Below are positions 15,619-24,179 of a DNA stretch of 24,882 bases, piece by piece (the first letter of the stretch is position 1; every line of letters starts with the position of its first letter). The position numbers and the translations under genes were made by a program. This DNA comes from Dehalococcoidales bacterium (GTDB taxonomy: Bacteria; Chloroflexota; Dehalococcoidia; Dehalococcoidales; BS750m-G39), in assembly GCA_035528255.1 (NCBI GenBank), contig DATKYX010000043.1, positions 1 to 24,882 of the forward strand. The letters are read 5' to 3'. The notes under the pieces were generated by a model that worked only from the letters and a program-made list of their open reading frames with translations, was not told where the DNA came from and made no database searches.

Positions 15619-15906
15619 ATGGCACTAAAAATACTGATAGAACGGCATGTAAAAAAGGGCCAAGAAGGCTACCTCATCGAACTCTTGAACAACCTGCGCA
15701 CCGAGCTGCTCTCCCAGCCCGGCTATGTCTCCGGCGAACTGCTCCAGAGCCAGAAAGACAAATCCACCATCTTTGCCCTCAGCACCTGGCAGAGCGAACT
15801 CGACTGGAAGTCCTGGGAAGGCGACCCCAAGCGCTTAGAGCTCGAGACCAGGATCGAGCCCCTCTTAACCGAACCGTCCAAGCTGACGGTGGCTACATCC
15901 TTTTAA
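15619..15906 (+). CDS. Antibiotic biosynthesis monooxygenase (ABM)-family protein
   Basis: QPGYVSGELL...LSTWQSELDWKSW pattern, 95 aa. Confidence 0.8.
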   Translation: MALKILIERHVKKGQEGYLIELLNNLRTELLSQPGYVSGELLQSQKDKSTIFALSTWQSELDWKSWEGDPKRLELETRIEPLLTEPSKLTVATSF

Positions 15907-15920
15907 GCGGCTGCCAAAAG

Positions 15921-16388
15921 TCAGGCTATGCCCTTAACCAGGTTAGCCATCTCAATGGCGCTGACGGCGGCTTTAAAGCCCTGGTTCCCCTCTTTTGTCC
16001 CCGCCCGCCCGATAGCCTGTTCCAGGTTCTCGGCGGTGATTACGCCGTAGATAACCGGCAGCCCCGACTCCAGCCCCACCATGGCAATACCCTTGGTCAC
16101 CTCGGCGGATATATAGTCGAAGTGAGGCGTATCCCCCCGCACCACCGCCCCCAGGCAGATAACGGCGTCATAGCGCTTGGTCTGGGCTAACTTCTTGGCA
16201 ATCAGGGGAATCTCGAACGAGCCTGGCACCCAGGCGACATCGATATCCGCCTGGTCAACGCCGTGGCGGAGCAGGGCGTCCTGCGCCCCGTCGAGCAGCT
16301 TCTGGGTAATAAAGTCATTGAAACGGGAAACGACCAGCCCGAACTTCAGCCCCTTCCCCACCAGCATTCCTTCGATAGGCTTGCTCAT
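15921..16388 (-). CDS. ribH: 6,7-dimethyl-8-ribityllumazine synthase
   Basis: [33 protein letters not shown]. Confidence 0.97.
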   Translation of the reverse strand: MSKPIEGMLVGKGLKFGLVVSRFNDFITQKLLDGAQDALLRHGVDQADIDVAWVPGSFEIPLIAKKLAQTKRYDAVICLGAVVRGDTPHFDYISAEVTKGIAMVGLESGLPVIYGVITAENLEQAIGRAGTKEGNQGFKAAVSAIEMANLVKGIA

Positions 16389-16404
16389 TGCTTTCTCCTT
16401 TATA

Positions 16405-17628
16405 TTAATTATCGGCGATATCCGGTATCTCCAGCCGGTGACCCATCTTCTTCTGTTTGGTCACCAGGTATTTGCGGTTATAGGGGTTGGGGGTAATAAT
16501 AATAGGTACTTTCTCCACCACCTTGAGCCCGTAGCCCTCCAGCCCGATAACCTTCTTCGGGTTGTTGGTCAAAAGCTTTATCTCTCTCAACCCCAGGTCG
16601 GCTAAAATCTGGGCGCCGATGCCGTAGTCTCGCAGGTCGGAAGGGAAACCCAGCGAAAGGTTAGCCTCCACCGTATCCAGCCCCTTGTCCTGAAGGGCGT
16701 AAGCCCGTATTTTATTATGGAAGCCGATGCCCCGCCCCTCCTGCCTCATATAAAGGAAGACGCCCCTCCCCTCCTTGGCGATGCTCTCCATAGCCAGCCC
16801 TATCTGGTCGCCGCAATCGCAGCGCAGGCTGCCGAAGACATCGCCGGTGAGGCACTCGCTGTGCACCCGCACCAGAATCGGCCCCTCGGTCTTTAAATCC
16901 CCCATCACCAGCGCCAGGTGCTCGTCGGGGTCGATATCGCTGCGGTAGGCGACGGCGGTAAACTCTCCGTATTTGGTGGGCAGCTTGGCTTCGGCCACGC
17001 GGTGCACCAGCTTCTCGTGGCGGCGGCGGTAGGCGATAAGGTCAGCTACCGATATTATCTTGATTTCGAACTTGTCGGCAATCTCCTCGAGCTGGGGCAG
17101 CCGCGCCATGGTGCCGTCCTCGTTCATAATCTCACAGATAACCCCCGCCGGATAGAGGCCGGCCAGCTTGGCTAAATCGACGATGGCTTCCGTTTGCCCC
17201 GCCCGCACCAGCACCCCGCCCTCTCTGGCCCTCAGCGGGAAGATATGCCCCGGCCTGACTAAATCGTCGGGCTGGGTGGCGGGGTCGATAACGGTCTTGA
17301 CGGTCTGCGCCCGGTCCGCCGCCGAGATACCGGTGGTGGTGCCCTGCTTGGCGTCCACCGAAACGGTGAAGGCGGTGCCGAACTTGCAGGTATTATCGTC
17401 GACCATCAGGGGCATCTGTAATTTGTCCAGCCGCTCCCCCACCACCGGCAGGCAGACCAGCCCCCGCCCGTATTTGGTCATAAAGTTAATCGCCTGGGCG
17501 CTCACCTTCTCCGCCGCCAGCGCCAGGTCGCCCTCGTTCTCCCTGTCCTCGTCATCGACGATGATGACGAACCGCCCCTCTTTTATATCCTTGACCGCTT
17601 CTTCGATGCTCGATAAACCCATATTCAT
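16405..17628 (-). CDS. ribBA: Bifunctional DHBP synthase / GTP cyclohydrolase II
   Basis: [53 protein letters not shown]. Confidence 0.97.
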   Translation of the reverse strand: MNMGLSSIEEAVKDIKEGRFVIIVDDEDRENEGDLALAAEKVSAQAINFMTKYGRGLVCLPVVGERLDKLQMPLMVDDNTCKFGTAFTVSVDAKQGTTTGISAADRAQTVKTVIDPATQPDDLVRPGHIFPLRAREGGVLVRAGQTEAIVDLAKLAGLYPAGVICEIMNEDGTMARLPQLEEIADKFEIKIISVADLIAYRRRHEKLVHRVAEAKLPTKYGEFTAVAYRSDIDPDEHLALVMGDLKTEGPILVRVHSECLTGDVFGSLRCDCGDQIGLAMESIAKEGRGVFLYMRQEGRGIGFHNKIRAYALQDKGLDTVEANLSLGFPSDLRDYGIGAQILADLGLREIKLLTNNPKKVIGLEGYGLKVVEKVPIIITPNPYNRKYLVTKQKKMGHRLEIPDIADN

Positions 17629-17638
17629 TCCCCCCCTC

Positions 17639-18271
17639 TTAACCTACCAGGAAGCCGTGCTCCTGTAAAAAGTCTAATGTTATGCCGCCGCTGTGCGGCT
17701 TAGTTAATTGTTCCACATATTTGGCAATAATGTCCACCTCCAGGTTGACCGCCTCCCCCACCCCCCGATTCCCCAGGGTGGTGTGCTCGCGCGTATAGCC
17801 GACCACCGACACCTGGAAGGAATTATTATCCCGGGCGACGACGGTCAGGCTGACACCATCGACAGCGATAAAGCCCTTCTCCACGATATAGGGCATGAGC
17901 CGGGTCGGCGTCTCGAACCTCAGCAGCAAGGCTTCGCCGCGGCGGCTCACCGAGCCTACCCGTCCCCTGTCGTCGATGTGCCCCTGCACAAAATGTCCCC
18001 CTAATCGGCCATTTGCCGCCAGAGGTCTCTCCAGGTTAACCGCGTCCCCGGGGCGCAAAAGCCCCAAATTGGTCTTATCCAGCGTCTCCGGCATCACATC
18101 CGCCGAAAACGACTTATTATCAAACTTAGTTACGGTCAGGCAAACGCCGTTGACCGCCATGCTATCGCCCTTCTCCATACCTTCGAGAACGACGTCGGCG
18201 GCGATTTTCAGGCTTCCTTTCGGCGCCGAAACAACCTTGCCCGCTTCTTCTACGATTCCGGTAAACATCAT
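17639..18271 (-). CDS. ribE: Riboflavin synthase alpha chain
   Basis: [46 protein letters not shown]. Confidence 0.97.
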   Translation of the reverse strand: MMFTGIVEEAGKVVSAPKGSLKIAADVVLEGMEKGDSMAVNGVCLTVTKFDNKSFSADVMPETLDKTNLGLLRPGDAVNLERPLAANGRLGGHFVQGHIDDRGRVGSVSRRGEALLLRFETPTRLMPYIVEKGFIAVDGVSLTVVARDNNSFQVSVVGYTREHTTLGNRGVGEAVNLEVDIIAKYVEQLTKPHSGGITLDFLQEHGFLVG

Positions 18272-18280
18272 CGTTCCCCT

Positions 18281-19375
18281 TTATTTGGCGACATAGCCGC
18301 TGACCACCAGGTCGTCCCCCAGCCTTCCCATCTTTACCCTCTCCAGATGGAACGACTCGGCGACCTTGCTCACGCCCTCGCCGGCAACGGCCGCCTTTGC
18401 CTCCGCCCCCCCGATGATAATCGGGGCGATAAAGGCGATAACCTTATCCACCAGCCCCCGGTCGAACAGGGAGCCGAGAAGAATGCCGCCCCCCTCCACC
18501 ATAACGCTGGTGATTTCCCTCTCGCCCAACACCTTGAGCAGCTTCTCCAAATCAACCACCTCATCGGGGGTGGACGGTTCCAGCACCTCGGCGCCGGCAT
18601 CGGTAAAAGCCGCCCGCTCCTTGGGGCCGAGCTTTTGTCCCAGCGCCAGCAGCGTCTTCCCCGGCTCTTTGAATATCTTTGAGTCCAGCGGCGTGCGCCC
18701 GTTGCCGTCCACAATCACCCGCAACGGCTGCTTTCGGGCTCTGCCCCCCTTTCCCCCCGAACAGCGGGTGGTCAGGTGGGGGTTATCCGCCAGCAGCGTA
18801 TTGACCCCGGCCATAATGGCGTCGCTGGTATAGCGCAAAAAGTGGACGAATTTCCGGGACTCTATCCCGCTAATCCAGCGGGAATCGCCCGTCTTGGTGG
18901 CAATCTTCCCGTCCAGGCTCATGGCGAACTTGGCGGTGACGAAGGGCAGGCCCGTGGTGATGAACTTGATATAGGCTTCGTTGACCTCCCTGGCTTCTGC
19001 TTCGTGCTCGCCCAGGGCGGTCTTAATCCCCGCCTTCTTAAGCTCCTCCTGCCCCCGCCCCAAAACTATCGGATTGGGGTCGAGCATGGCCATGTGCACC
19101 TCGCTGACGCCGGCGGAGATGATAGCGCCGGTGCAGGGCGGAGTCCGCCCCTGGTGGGCGCAGGGCTCCAGGGTGACGTACATTGTGCCCCCCTCCGCCT
19201 CCCTGCCCGCCTGTTTCAGAGCGAGAACCTCGGCGTGATGGGAGCCCGGCGGCTGGGTATAGCCCTGCCCCACAACCTCGCCCCCCTTAACCACCACCGC
19301 CCCCACCGCGGGGTTGGGGCTGGCATGCCCCAGAGCCAGCTTGGCCAGAGAGAGCGCCTGCTCCATATAGTCCAT
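18281..19375 (-). CDS. ribD: Riboflavin deaminase/reductase
   Basis: PNPAVG, HAE, TLEPCAHQGRTPPC, AMSLDGKIA, VEGG. Confidence 0.97.
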   Translation of the reverse strand: MDYMEQALSLAKLALGHASPNPAVGAVVVKGGEVVGQGYTQPPGSHHAEVLALKQAGREAEGGTMYVTLEPCAHQGRTPPCTGAIISAGVSEVHMAMLDPNPIVLGRGQEELKKAGIKTALGEHEAEAREVNEAYIKFITTGLPFVTAKFAMSLDGKIATKTGDSRWISGIESRKFVHFLRYTSDAIMAGVNTLLADNPHLTTRCSGGKGGRARKQPLRVIVDGNGRTPLDSKIFKEPGKTLLALGQKLGPKERAAFTDAGAEVLEPSTPDEVVDLEKLLKVLGEREITSVMVEGGGILLGSLFDRGLVDKVIAFIAPIIIGGAEAKAAVAGEGVSKVAESFHLERVKMGRLGDDLVVSGYVAK

Positions 19376-19384
19376 AGCACCGCC

Positions 19385-19414
19385 ATTCTAGCACCTAGCC
19401 TGAAACAAGTGCAA
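19385..19414 (-). promoter_or_regulatory. Putative rib operon promoter immediately before the start codon
   Basis: Minus strand TTGCAC-N18-TAGAAT with TGn extension; only 9 nt to the ATG. Confidence 0.5.
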
Positions 19415-19453
19415 CCTCAGGGAGTCTTTTCACCACGTAATCACCCTCAAGAC

Positions 19454-19545
19454 GGGGCAGCGTACCCCCCAGGTTAAGGAGTTTACTCATTAGGGCGGGC
19501 TGGGTGGGACAACAAGACGTACGCTAACAAGATAAGGTGGGGCGG
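19454..19545 (+). repeat. G-rich intergenic repeat copy
   Basis: GGGG-CAGCGTA-CCCC hairpin, then CCAGGTTAAGGAGTTTACTCATTAGGGCGGGCTGGGTGGGACAACAAGACGTACGCTA. Confidence 0.85.
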
Positions 19546-19623
19546 CGAAAAGCTCCCCTAGCAAGGATACCGCCAGATAAGGTATAATTAAAACCAGCTA
19601 GAGAGGACAGATAGTATATATAA

Positions 19624-20166
19624 ATGAAAACAATTCTCCGCGACGTCCTGATAACGCTGGCTATAGCCCTGGCCATCTTCTTCTTTCTCAGGGCAAGCGT
19701 CCAGGCTTACAAGGTAATAGAGTGCTGCATGGAGCCCAACTACGTTGAGGGCGAATGGCTGCTGGCCAGCAAAGCGACCTACTGGTTCCACGAACCCGAA
19801 AGGGGTGACGTGATAATACTCGACCCGCCCTTTGATACCGAAGAGGTCTATATCAAGCGTCTCATCGGCCTGCCCGGCGATACGGTAGAGGTAAAAGACG
19901 GCGCGGTCTACCTTAACGGCACCGCCCTGGACGAGCCTTATATAAAGGAAGCCCCCACCTACACCTTCCCCCTGATAGAACTCGGCGGGGACGAGTACTT
20001 TGTCCTCGGCGATAACCGCAATAACGCCAACGACTCCTCAAAAGGCTGGTTGACATCCCGCGACGCCATAATCGGCAAAGCCTGGTTTTCATACTGGCCG
20101 ATAAGTGAATGGGGAGGGGCCAACAACTACCCGCTGGAGGACCAGCTCGAAGCCGCTACCGAGTAA
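19624..20166 (+). CDS. lepB: Signal peptidase I (S26) with Cys at the nucleophile position
   Basis: One N-terminal TM; CCMEP (box B), PERGDVII, YIKRLIGLPGD (box D), YFVLGDNRNN (box E). Confidence 0.9.
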   Translation: MKTILRDVLITLAIALAIFFFLRASVQAYKVIECCMEPNYVEGEWLLASKATYWFHEPERGDVIILDPPFDTEEVYIKRLIGLPGDTVEVKDGAVYLNGTALDEPYIKEAPTYTFPLIELGGDEYFVLGDNRNNANDSSKGWLTSRDAIIGKAWFSYWPISEWGGANNYPLEDQLEAATE

Positions 20167-20209
20167 GCCAACGCCCTCGAAGGACATAAGGAGAATCCAG
20201 GGGGGGTTG

Positions 20210-20285
20210 GGAGGCATACCCTCCAGGTTAAGGAGTTTACTCATTAGGGCGGGCAGGGTGGGACGAAAAACCCACGTTCGCCAGG
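20210..20285 (+). repeat. G-rich intergenic repeat copy
   Basis: GGAGG-CATAC-CCTCC hairpin, then AGGTTAAGGAGTTTACTCATTAGGGCGGGCAGGGTGGGACGAA...ACGTTCGCCA; 46/48 identical to 19463-19510. Confidence 0.85.
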
Positions 20286-20302
20286 GTCAGGGTATTAAGG
20301 GG

Positions 20303-20872
20303 GTGAGCCAAATAAACACCGAGGAAATCTTCGAAAAAGCGGGGGCGGTACTAAAAGGCCACTTCCTGCTCACCTCCGGCTTACACTCCCCCGTCTACTG
20401 GGAAAAGTTCAAGGTCCTGCAGTCCCCACCCCACACCGAGCAACTCTGCCGCATGATTGCCGACCGCTTTCGGGAGCAAAAAATCGATGTGGTTGCCGCC
20501 CCCACCACCGGCGGCATCATCCTCGCCTTCGAAACCGCCCGCCAGCTGGGAGTCAGGGGCATCTTCGCCGAAAAGACGGGCGAAAAAGAGCGGGCTTTCA
20601 AGCGCGGCTTCAATATCGAACCCGGCGAGCGGGTGCTCATCGTCGACGACATCCTCACCACGGGCGGCTCCCTCCGCCAGACGATAGCGGCAGTAAAAAA
20701 GCTGGGCGGGGAAATCGTCGGCATCGGCGTTATGGTTGACCGCTCCGAACATGATATGGACTTCGGCGTTCCCCTCTTCAGCTGCCACCGCGCCCAAACC
20801 GTAACCTACTCCCCCGAAGACTGCCCCCTGTGTAAAGCTAAAATCCCCCTGGTCAAACCCGGCGGCGGTTAA
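20303..20872 (+). CDS. pyrE: Orotate phosphoribosyltransferase
   Basis: GHFLLTSGLHS, VLIVDDILTTGGS (PRPP motif); start placed at in-frame GTG 20303 rather than ORF-track 20105 (start uncertain). Confidence 0.93.
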   Translation: MSQINTEEIFEKAGAVLKGHFLLTSGLHSPVYWEKFKVLQSPPHTEQLCRMIADRFREQKIDVVAAPTTGGIILAFETARQLGVRGIFAEKTGEKERAFKRGFNIEPGERVLIVDDILTTGGSLRQTIAAVKKLGGEIVGIGVMVDRSEHDMDFGVPLFSCHRAQTVTYSPEDCPLCKAKIPLVKPGGG

Positions 20873-20886
20873 GCCTAAAAGGGCTA

Positions 20887-20915
20887 TTGACAAAAATCCA
20901 GCCAGCCCATATACT
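20887..20915 (+). promoter_or_regulatory. Sigma70-type promoter of the pantothenate operon
   Basis: TTGACA-N17-TATACT. Confidence 0.75.
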
Positions 20916-20933
20916 AAAAACAGCTATCGACTC

Positions 20934-21030
20934 TTAAGGGGCGGTAAGCTAAATAAATCATAAACCCTTAAAAATCTAGGTCGCTTGGATCGGATATGAC
21001 CGAGACGGCAGAAATAGATACCGTATTTAT
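20934..21030 (+). ncRNA. Structured cis-regulatory leader, probable pan RNA motif
   Basis: Bulged hairpin GTCGCTTGGATC-GGATAT-GACCGAGACGGC (20980-21009) directly upstream of a terminator and pan genes; family assignment rests on context and recollection, not a search. Confidence 0.55.
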
Positions 21031-21031
21031 G

Positions 21032-21073
21032 AATGCCTTCTCTGGCTTGTGTCGGAGAGGGTATTTTTAGTTT
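21032..21073 (+). terminator. Leader (attenuator) terminator upstream of the pan operon
   Basis: 15-bp stem AATGCCTTCTCTGGC/GTCGGAGAGGGTATT with TTGT loop, followed by TTTAGTTT. Confidence 0.85.
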
Positions 21074-21090
21074 AAACGGTGGGGCTTAAA

Positions 21091-21951
21091 ATGCTGAAAT
21101 TAGGATTCATTGGAGCGGGAACTGTAGGCACTGCCCTGGCGGCGCGCTTGAGCCAGAGCGGCTACCCCGTTGTAGCCGTCGCCAGCCGCACACCGGCATC
21201 GGCGCAAAAGCTTTCCGATGCCGTCGGCTTCTGCCACGTCTTCGATAGCAACCAGGCCGTCGCCGATAACGCCGAGCTTATCTTTATCACCACCCCCGAC
21301 GACGCCATCGCCCCCGTGGTTAATGAAATCAACTGGCACCCCGGGCAAAGCGTTATCCACTGCAGCGGTGCCGATTCCGTAGCCAGCCTGGAGACGGCTA
21401 AAAAAGCGGGCGCTGAAGTCGGCGCCTTCCACCCCCTGCAGACCTTCGCCAGCCTCCAGCAGGCCATAGACAATATGCCCGGCTCCACCTTCGCCCTCGA
21501 AGCCGAAGAGCCCCTGCTGGCCGAGCTTAAAGAAATGGCTACCGCCCTCGGCGGCAACTGGGTAGTGCTCAAGGCCAGCGATAAAGTCTTATATCATGCC
21601 TCGGCGGTCATCGCCTGCAACTACCTGGTAACTCTGGTCAAGCTGGCCGGCGACCTCTGGCAAACCTTCGGCGTTCCCCCACCCCAGGCCACCCGCGCGC
21701 TGCTCCCCCTGCTCCGCGGAACGCTGCATAATATAGAAACCATCGGCATCCCCAACTGCCTCACCGGGCCCATCGCTCGCGGCGACATCGGCACCATCAA
21801 CAAACACCTCGATGCCCTGACCGACACCACCCCCCACCTTCTCCCCACCTACCGCGAGCTCGGCCTCCAAACCGTACCCATCGCCCTGGCTAAGGGCAAA
21901 ATAGACCAATCTAAAGCCAGGGAACTCGAAACCGCGCTAAAAAGCCACTAA
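21091..21951 (+). CDS. Rossmann-like + DUF2520 protein (PanG-type ketopantoate reductase candidate)
   Basis: GFIGAGTVG, ITTPDDAI, HCSGA, FHPLQTF, YHASAVIACNY, LTGPIARGD; ATG 21091 preferred over GTG 21079. Confidence 0.85.
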   Translation: MLKLGFIGAGTVGTALAARLSQSGYPVVAVASRTPASAQKLSDAVGFCHVFDSNQAVADNAELIFITTPDDAIAPVVNEINWHPGQSVIHCSGADSVASLETAKKAGAEVGAFHPLQTFASLQQAIDNMPGSTFALEAEEPLLAELKEMATALGGNWVVLKASDKVLYHASAVIACNYLVTLVKLAGDLWQTFGVPPPQATRALLPLLRGTLHNIETIGIPNCLTGPIARGDIGTINKHLDALTDTTPHLLPTYRELGLQTVPIALAKGKIDQSKARELETALKSH

Positions 21952-21966
21952 ATAAACTGGAGGGTT

Positions 21967-22347
21967 ATGATGCGAAAAATGCTCAAAAGCAAAATCCACC
22001 GGGCTACAGTCACCGAAGCCAACCTCGAATACGAGGGAAGCATCGCCATCGACAAGCGGCTCATGGATGAGGCGGACATTTTGCCCTACGAGCAGGTGCA
22101 GGTCCTAAACGCCGACAACGGCGCCCGCTTTACCACCTACGCCATTGAAGGCCCCACCGACAGCGGCATGATCGGCATCCAGGGGCCGGCGGCAAGACTG
22201 GCCTCCAAGGGCGATATCGTCGTCATCCTCACCTACCGCAATGTCAAAGAGGCGGAGGTGAGAAACTTCCTGCCCCGCCTGGTCTATGTCGACGAGAATA
22301 ACGTCATCACCAAGACCAAGCACATCGTCGACGCCATACCCTTCTAG
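21967..22347 (+). CDS. panD: Aspartate 1-decarboxylase
   Basis: [18 protein letters not shown] self-cleavage site, [19 protein letters not shown]. Confidence 0.96.
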   Translation: MMRKMLKSKIHRATVTEANLEYEGSIAIDKRLMDEADILPYEQVQVLNADNGARFTTYAIEGPTDSGMIGIQGPAARLASKGDIVVILTYRNVKEAEVRNFLPRLVYVDENNVITKTKHIVDAIPF

Positions 22348-22385
22348 CCATTAGAGTAAAGGCCTATGCGAGGAGGCTCGAACCA

Positions 22386-23213
22386 ATGCGCATAACCATC
22401 AACCAGATAAAAGAAATGAAAAAGCGCGGTGAGAAAATCACCATGCTCACCGCCTACGACTACGCCACCGCCCGGCTCGTCGACGAGGCGGAAATACCGC
22501 TCATCTTAGTCGGCGACAGCCTGGGCATGGTCGTCCTCGGCTACGAATCGACCATCCCCGTGACCATGGAAGACATGCTCCACCACACCAAAGCGGTGGT
22601 CAGGGGCACCAAAAAGGCGATGGTCATCGGCGATATGCCCTTCATGACCTACCACGTCAGCGTCGAAGACGCCCTCTACAACGCCGCCAGCTTCATCCAG
22701 GAAGGCGGCGCCCAGGCGATAAAGCTCGAAGGCGGCGTAACGGTGGCGGAAAAGGTAAAGCGCATCGTCGAATGCGGCATCCCCGTCATGGGCCACATCG
22801 GGCTCACCCCCCAATCAATCCACCAGTTCGGCGGTTTCAAGCTCCAGGGCAAGACCCTCGAAGCCGCCGCCAGGCTGCTCGAAGACGCCCGCGCCCTTGA
22901 GGAAGCCGGGGCTTTCGCGATAGTACTGGAGACAGTCCCCGCCCCCCTCGCCAAACTCATCACCGCCAAGATAAATATCCCCACCATCGGCATCGGCGCC
23001 GGCCCTGACTGCGACGGCCAGGTCCAGGTCATTAATGATATCCTCGGCTCTTTCGCCGACTTCGTCCCCGGCCACGCCAAGCAATACGCCAAGCTCACCG
23101 ATATTATCTCTAAGGCAGTTAGTTCCTATCGCGACGAGGTCAAGGCGGGCAAATTCCCCACCGAAAAACAGAGCCACTCCATGGACGAAAAACTGCTCGC
23201 CGGGCTAACTTAA
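22386..23213 (+). CDS. panB: 3-methyl-2-oxobutanoate hydroxymethyltransferase
   Basis: MLTAYDY, LVGDSLGM, GDMPF, KLEGG, GHIGLTPQS, GIGAGP.CDGQV. Confidence 0.97.
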   Translation: MRITINQIKEMKKRGEKITMLTAYDYATARLVDEAEIPLILVGDSLGMVVLGYESTIPVTMEDMLHHTKAVVRGTKKAMVIGDMPFMTYHVSVEDALYNAASFIQEGGAQAIKLEGGVTVAEKVKRIVECGIPVMGHIGLTPQSIHQFGGFKLQGKTLEAAARLLEDARALEEAGAFAIVLETVPAPLAKLITAKINIPTIGIGAGPDCDGQVQVINDILGSFADFVPGHAKQYAKLTDIISKAVSSYRDEVKAGKFPTEKQSHSMDEKLLAGLT

Positions 23214-23231
23214 CAAAACCTCGACCAACCC

Positions 23232-23260
23232 TTGCCAAAAACTCCCTTTAGCTTTAAACT
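23232..23260 (+). promoter_or_regulatory. Putative promoter for the bicupin gene
   Basis: TTGCCA-N17-TAAACT. Confidence 0.45.
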
Positions 23261-23290
23261 ACCGTTAGATTAAAACTCAGGGGGTTTATC

Positions 23291-24154
23291 ATGGCTGAAA
23301 CAAAATACGGTCACCTGGTCAAAACCATGCCCGTCAAAGAAGGACCCAAGGGCGCCAACGCCTACGAAATCATCTGGATGTTCGGCAAAGAGCTGGAGAA
23401 TTTCCCCCTCAACTTCGCCATAGGCCGCTACGAAGAAACCGGCATCTGGCACCCCTGGGCTGGCCCCCACGTCCACCCCACCTTCGATGAATGCCTCCTC
23501 TTCTTCGGCCACGATACCAATAACCTCGGTGACCTCGGCGCCGAATTCGAGATAGCGCTCGGCGAGGAGCAGGAAAAGCACGTCATCAACACCCCCTCGG
23601 TGGTTATTCTGCCCAAAGGAACGCCCCACTGCCCGCTGGTCACCAAAAGAATCGATAAGCCCTTTGTTCACGGCCATATCATCCTCGGCCCCGAGGACAA
23701 GGTCGACTGGTGGCCCACCGACTCCAAGCCCAAGCCCACCGACGGCGCGAAGTATAATCACCTAATCAAACCGCTTAAGGTCCAGAAAAACCCGAAGACT
23801 ACCGACCTTGTCTGGATAACTAGCGACCAGCTCGAGGGGTTCAAGCTGCACTTTGCCGTGGGGCTCTGCGCCGAGACCGGCCCCTGGTATCCGGGGAAAG
23901 GCTCTCACACCCACCCCTATGATAAATGCCTGATTTTCTTTGGCCACGACCCCAAGAAACTGGGCTATCTGGGTGCCGAAATCGAGATAGCGCTGGGCAA
24001 GGAAGGGGAAAAACACACCTTTAACCTCCCCACCGTTATCAGCGTCCCCAAGGGGACACCCCACCGCCCCCCGGTGGTCAAAAAAATCGAAAAACCCTTC
24101 GGCTTTATCGTCTATAACCTCGCCCCCCAGCACAAGCTTTCCTGGGTGGAGTAG
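23291..24154 (+). CDS. Uncharacterised tandem cupin-like (bicupin) protein
   Basis: Internal duplication: HVHPTFDECLLFFG..LGAEFEIALGEEQEKH..PKGTPHCP vs HTHPYDKCLIFFG..LGAEIEIALGKEGEKH..PKGTPHRP. Confidence 0.75.
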   Translation: MAETKYGHLVKTMPVKEGPKGANAYEIIWMFGKELENFPLNFAIGRYEETGIWHPWAGPHVHPTFDECLLFFGHDTNNLGDLGAEFEIALGEEQEKHVINTPSVVILPKGTPHCPLVTKRIDKPFVHGHIILGPEDKVDWWPTDSKPKPTDGAKYNHLIKPLKVQKNPKTTDLVWITSDQLEGFKLHFAVGLCAETGPWYPGKGSHTHPYDKCLIFFGHDPKKLGYLGAEIEIALGKEGEKHTFNLPTVISVPKGTPHRPPVVKKIEKPFGFIVYNLAPQHKLSWVE

Positions 24155-24179
24155 GGCGTAACCGTACAGGGGGATATAA

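Noticed and set aside
20105-20302. 66-codon N-terminal extension of pyrE
   Set aside because: Overlaps lepB and runs through the repeat element; PyrE similarity starts near 20303.
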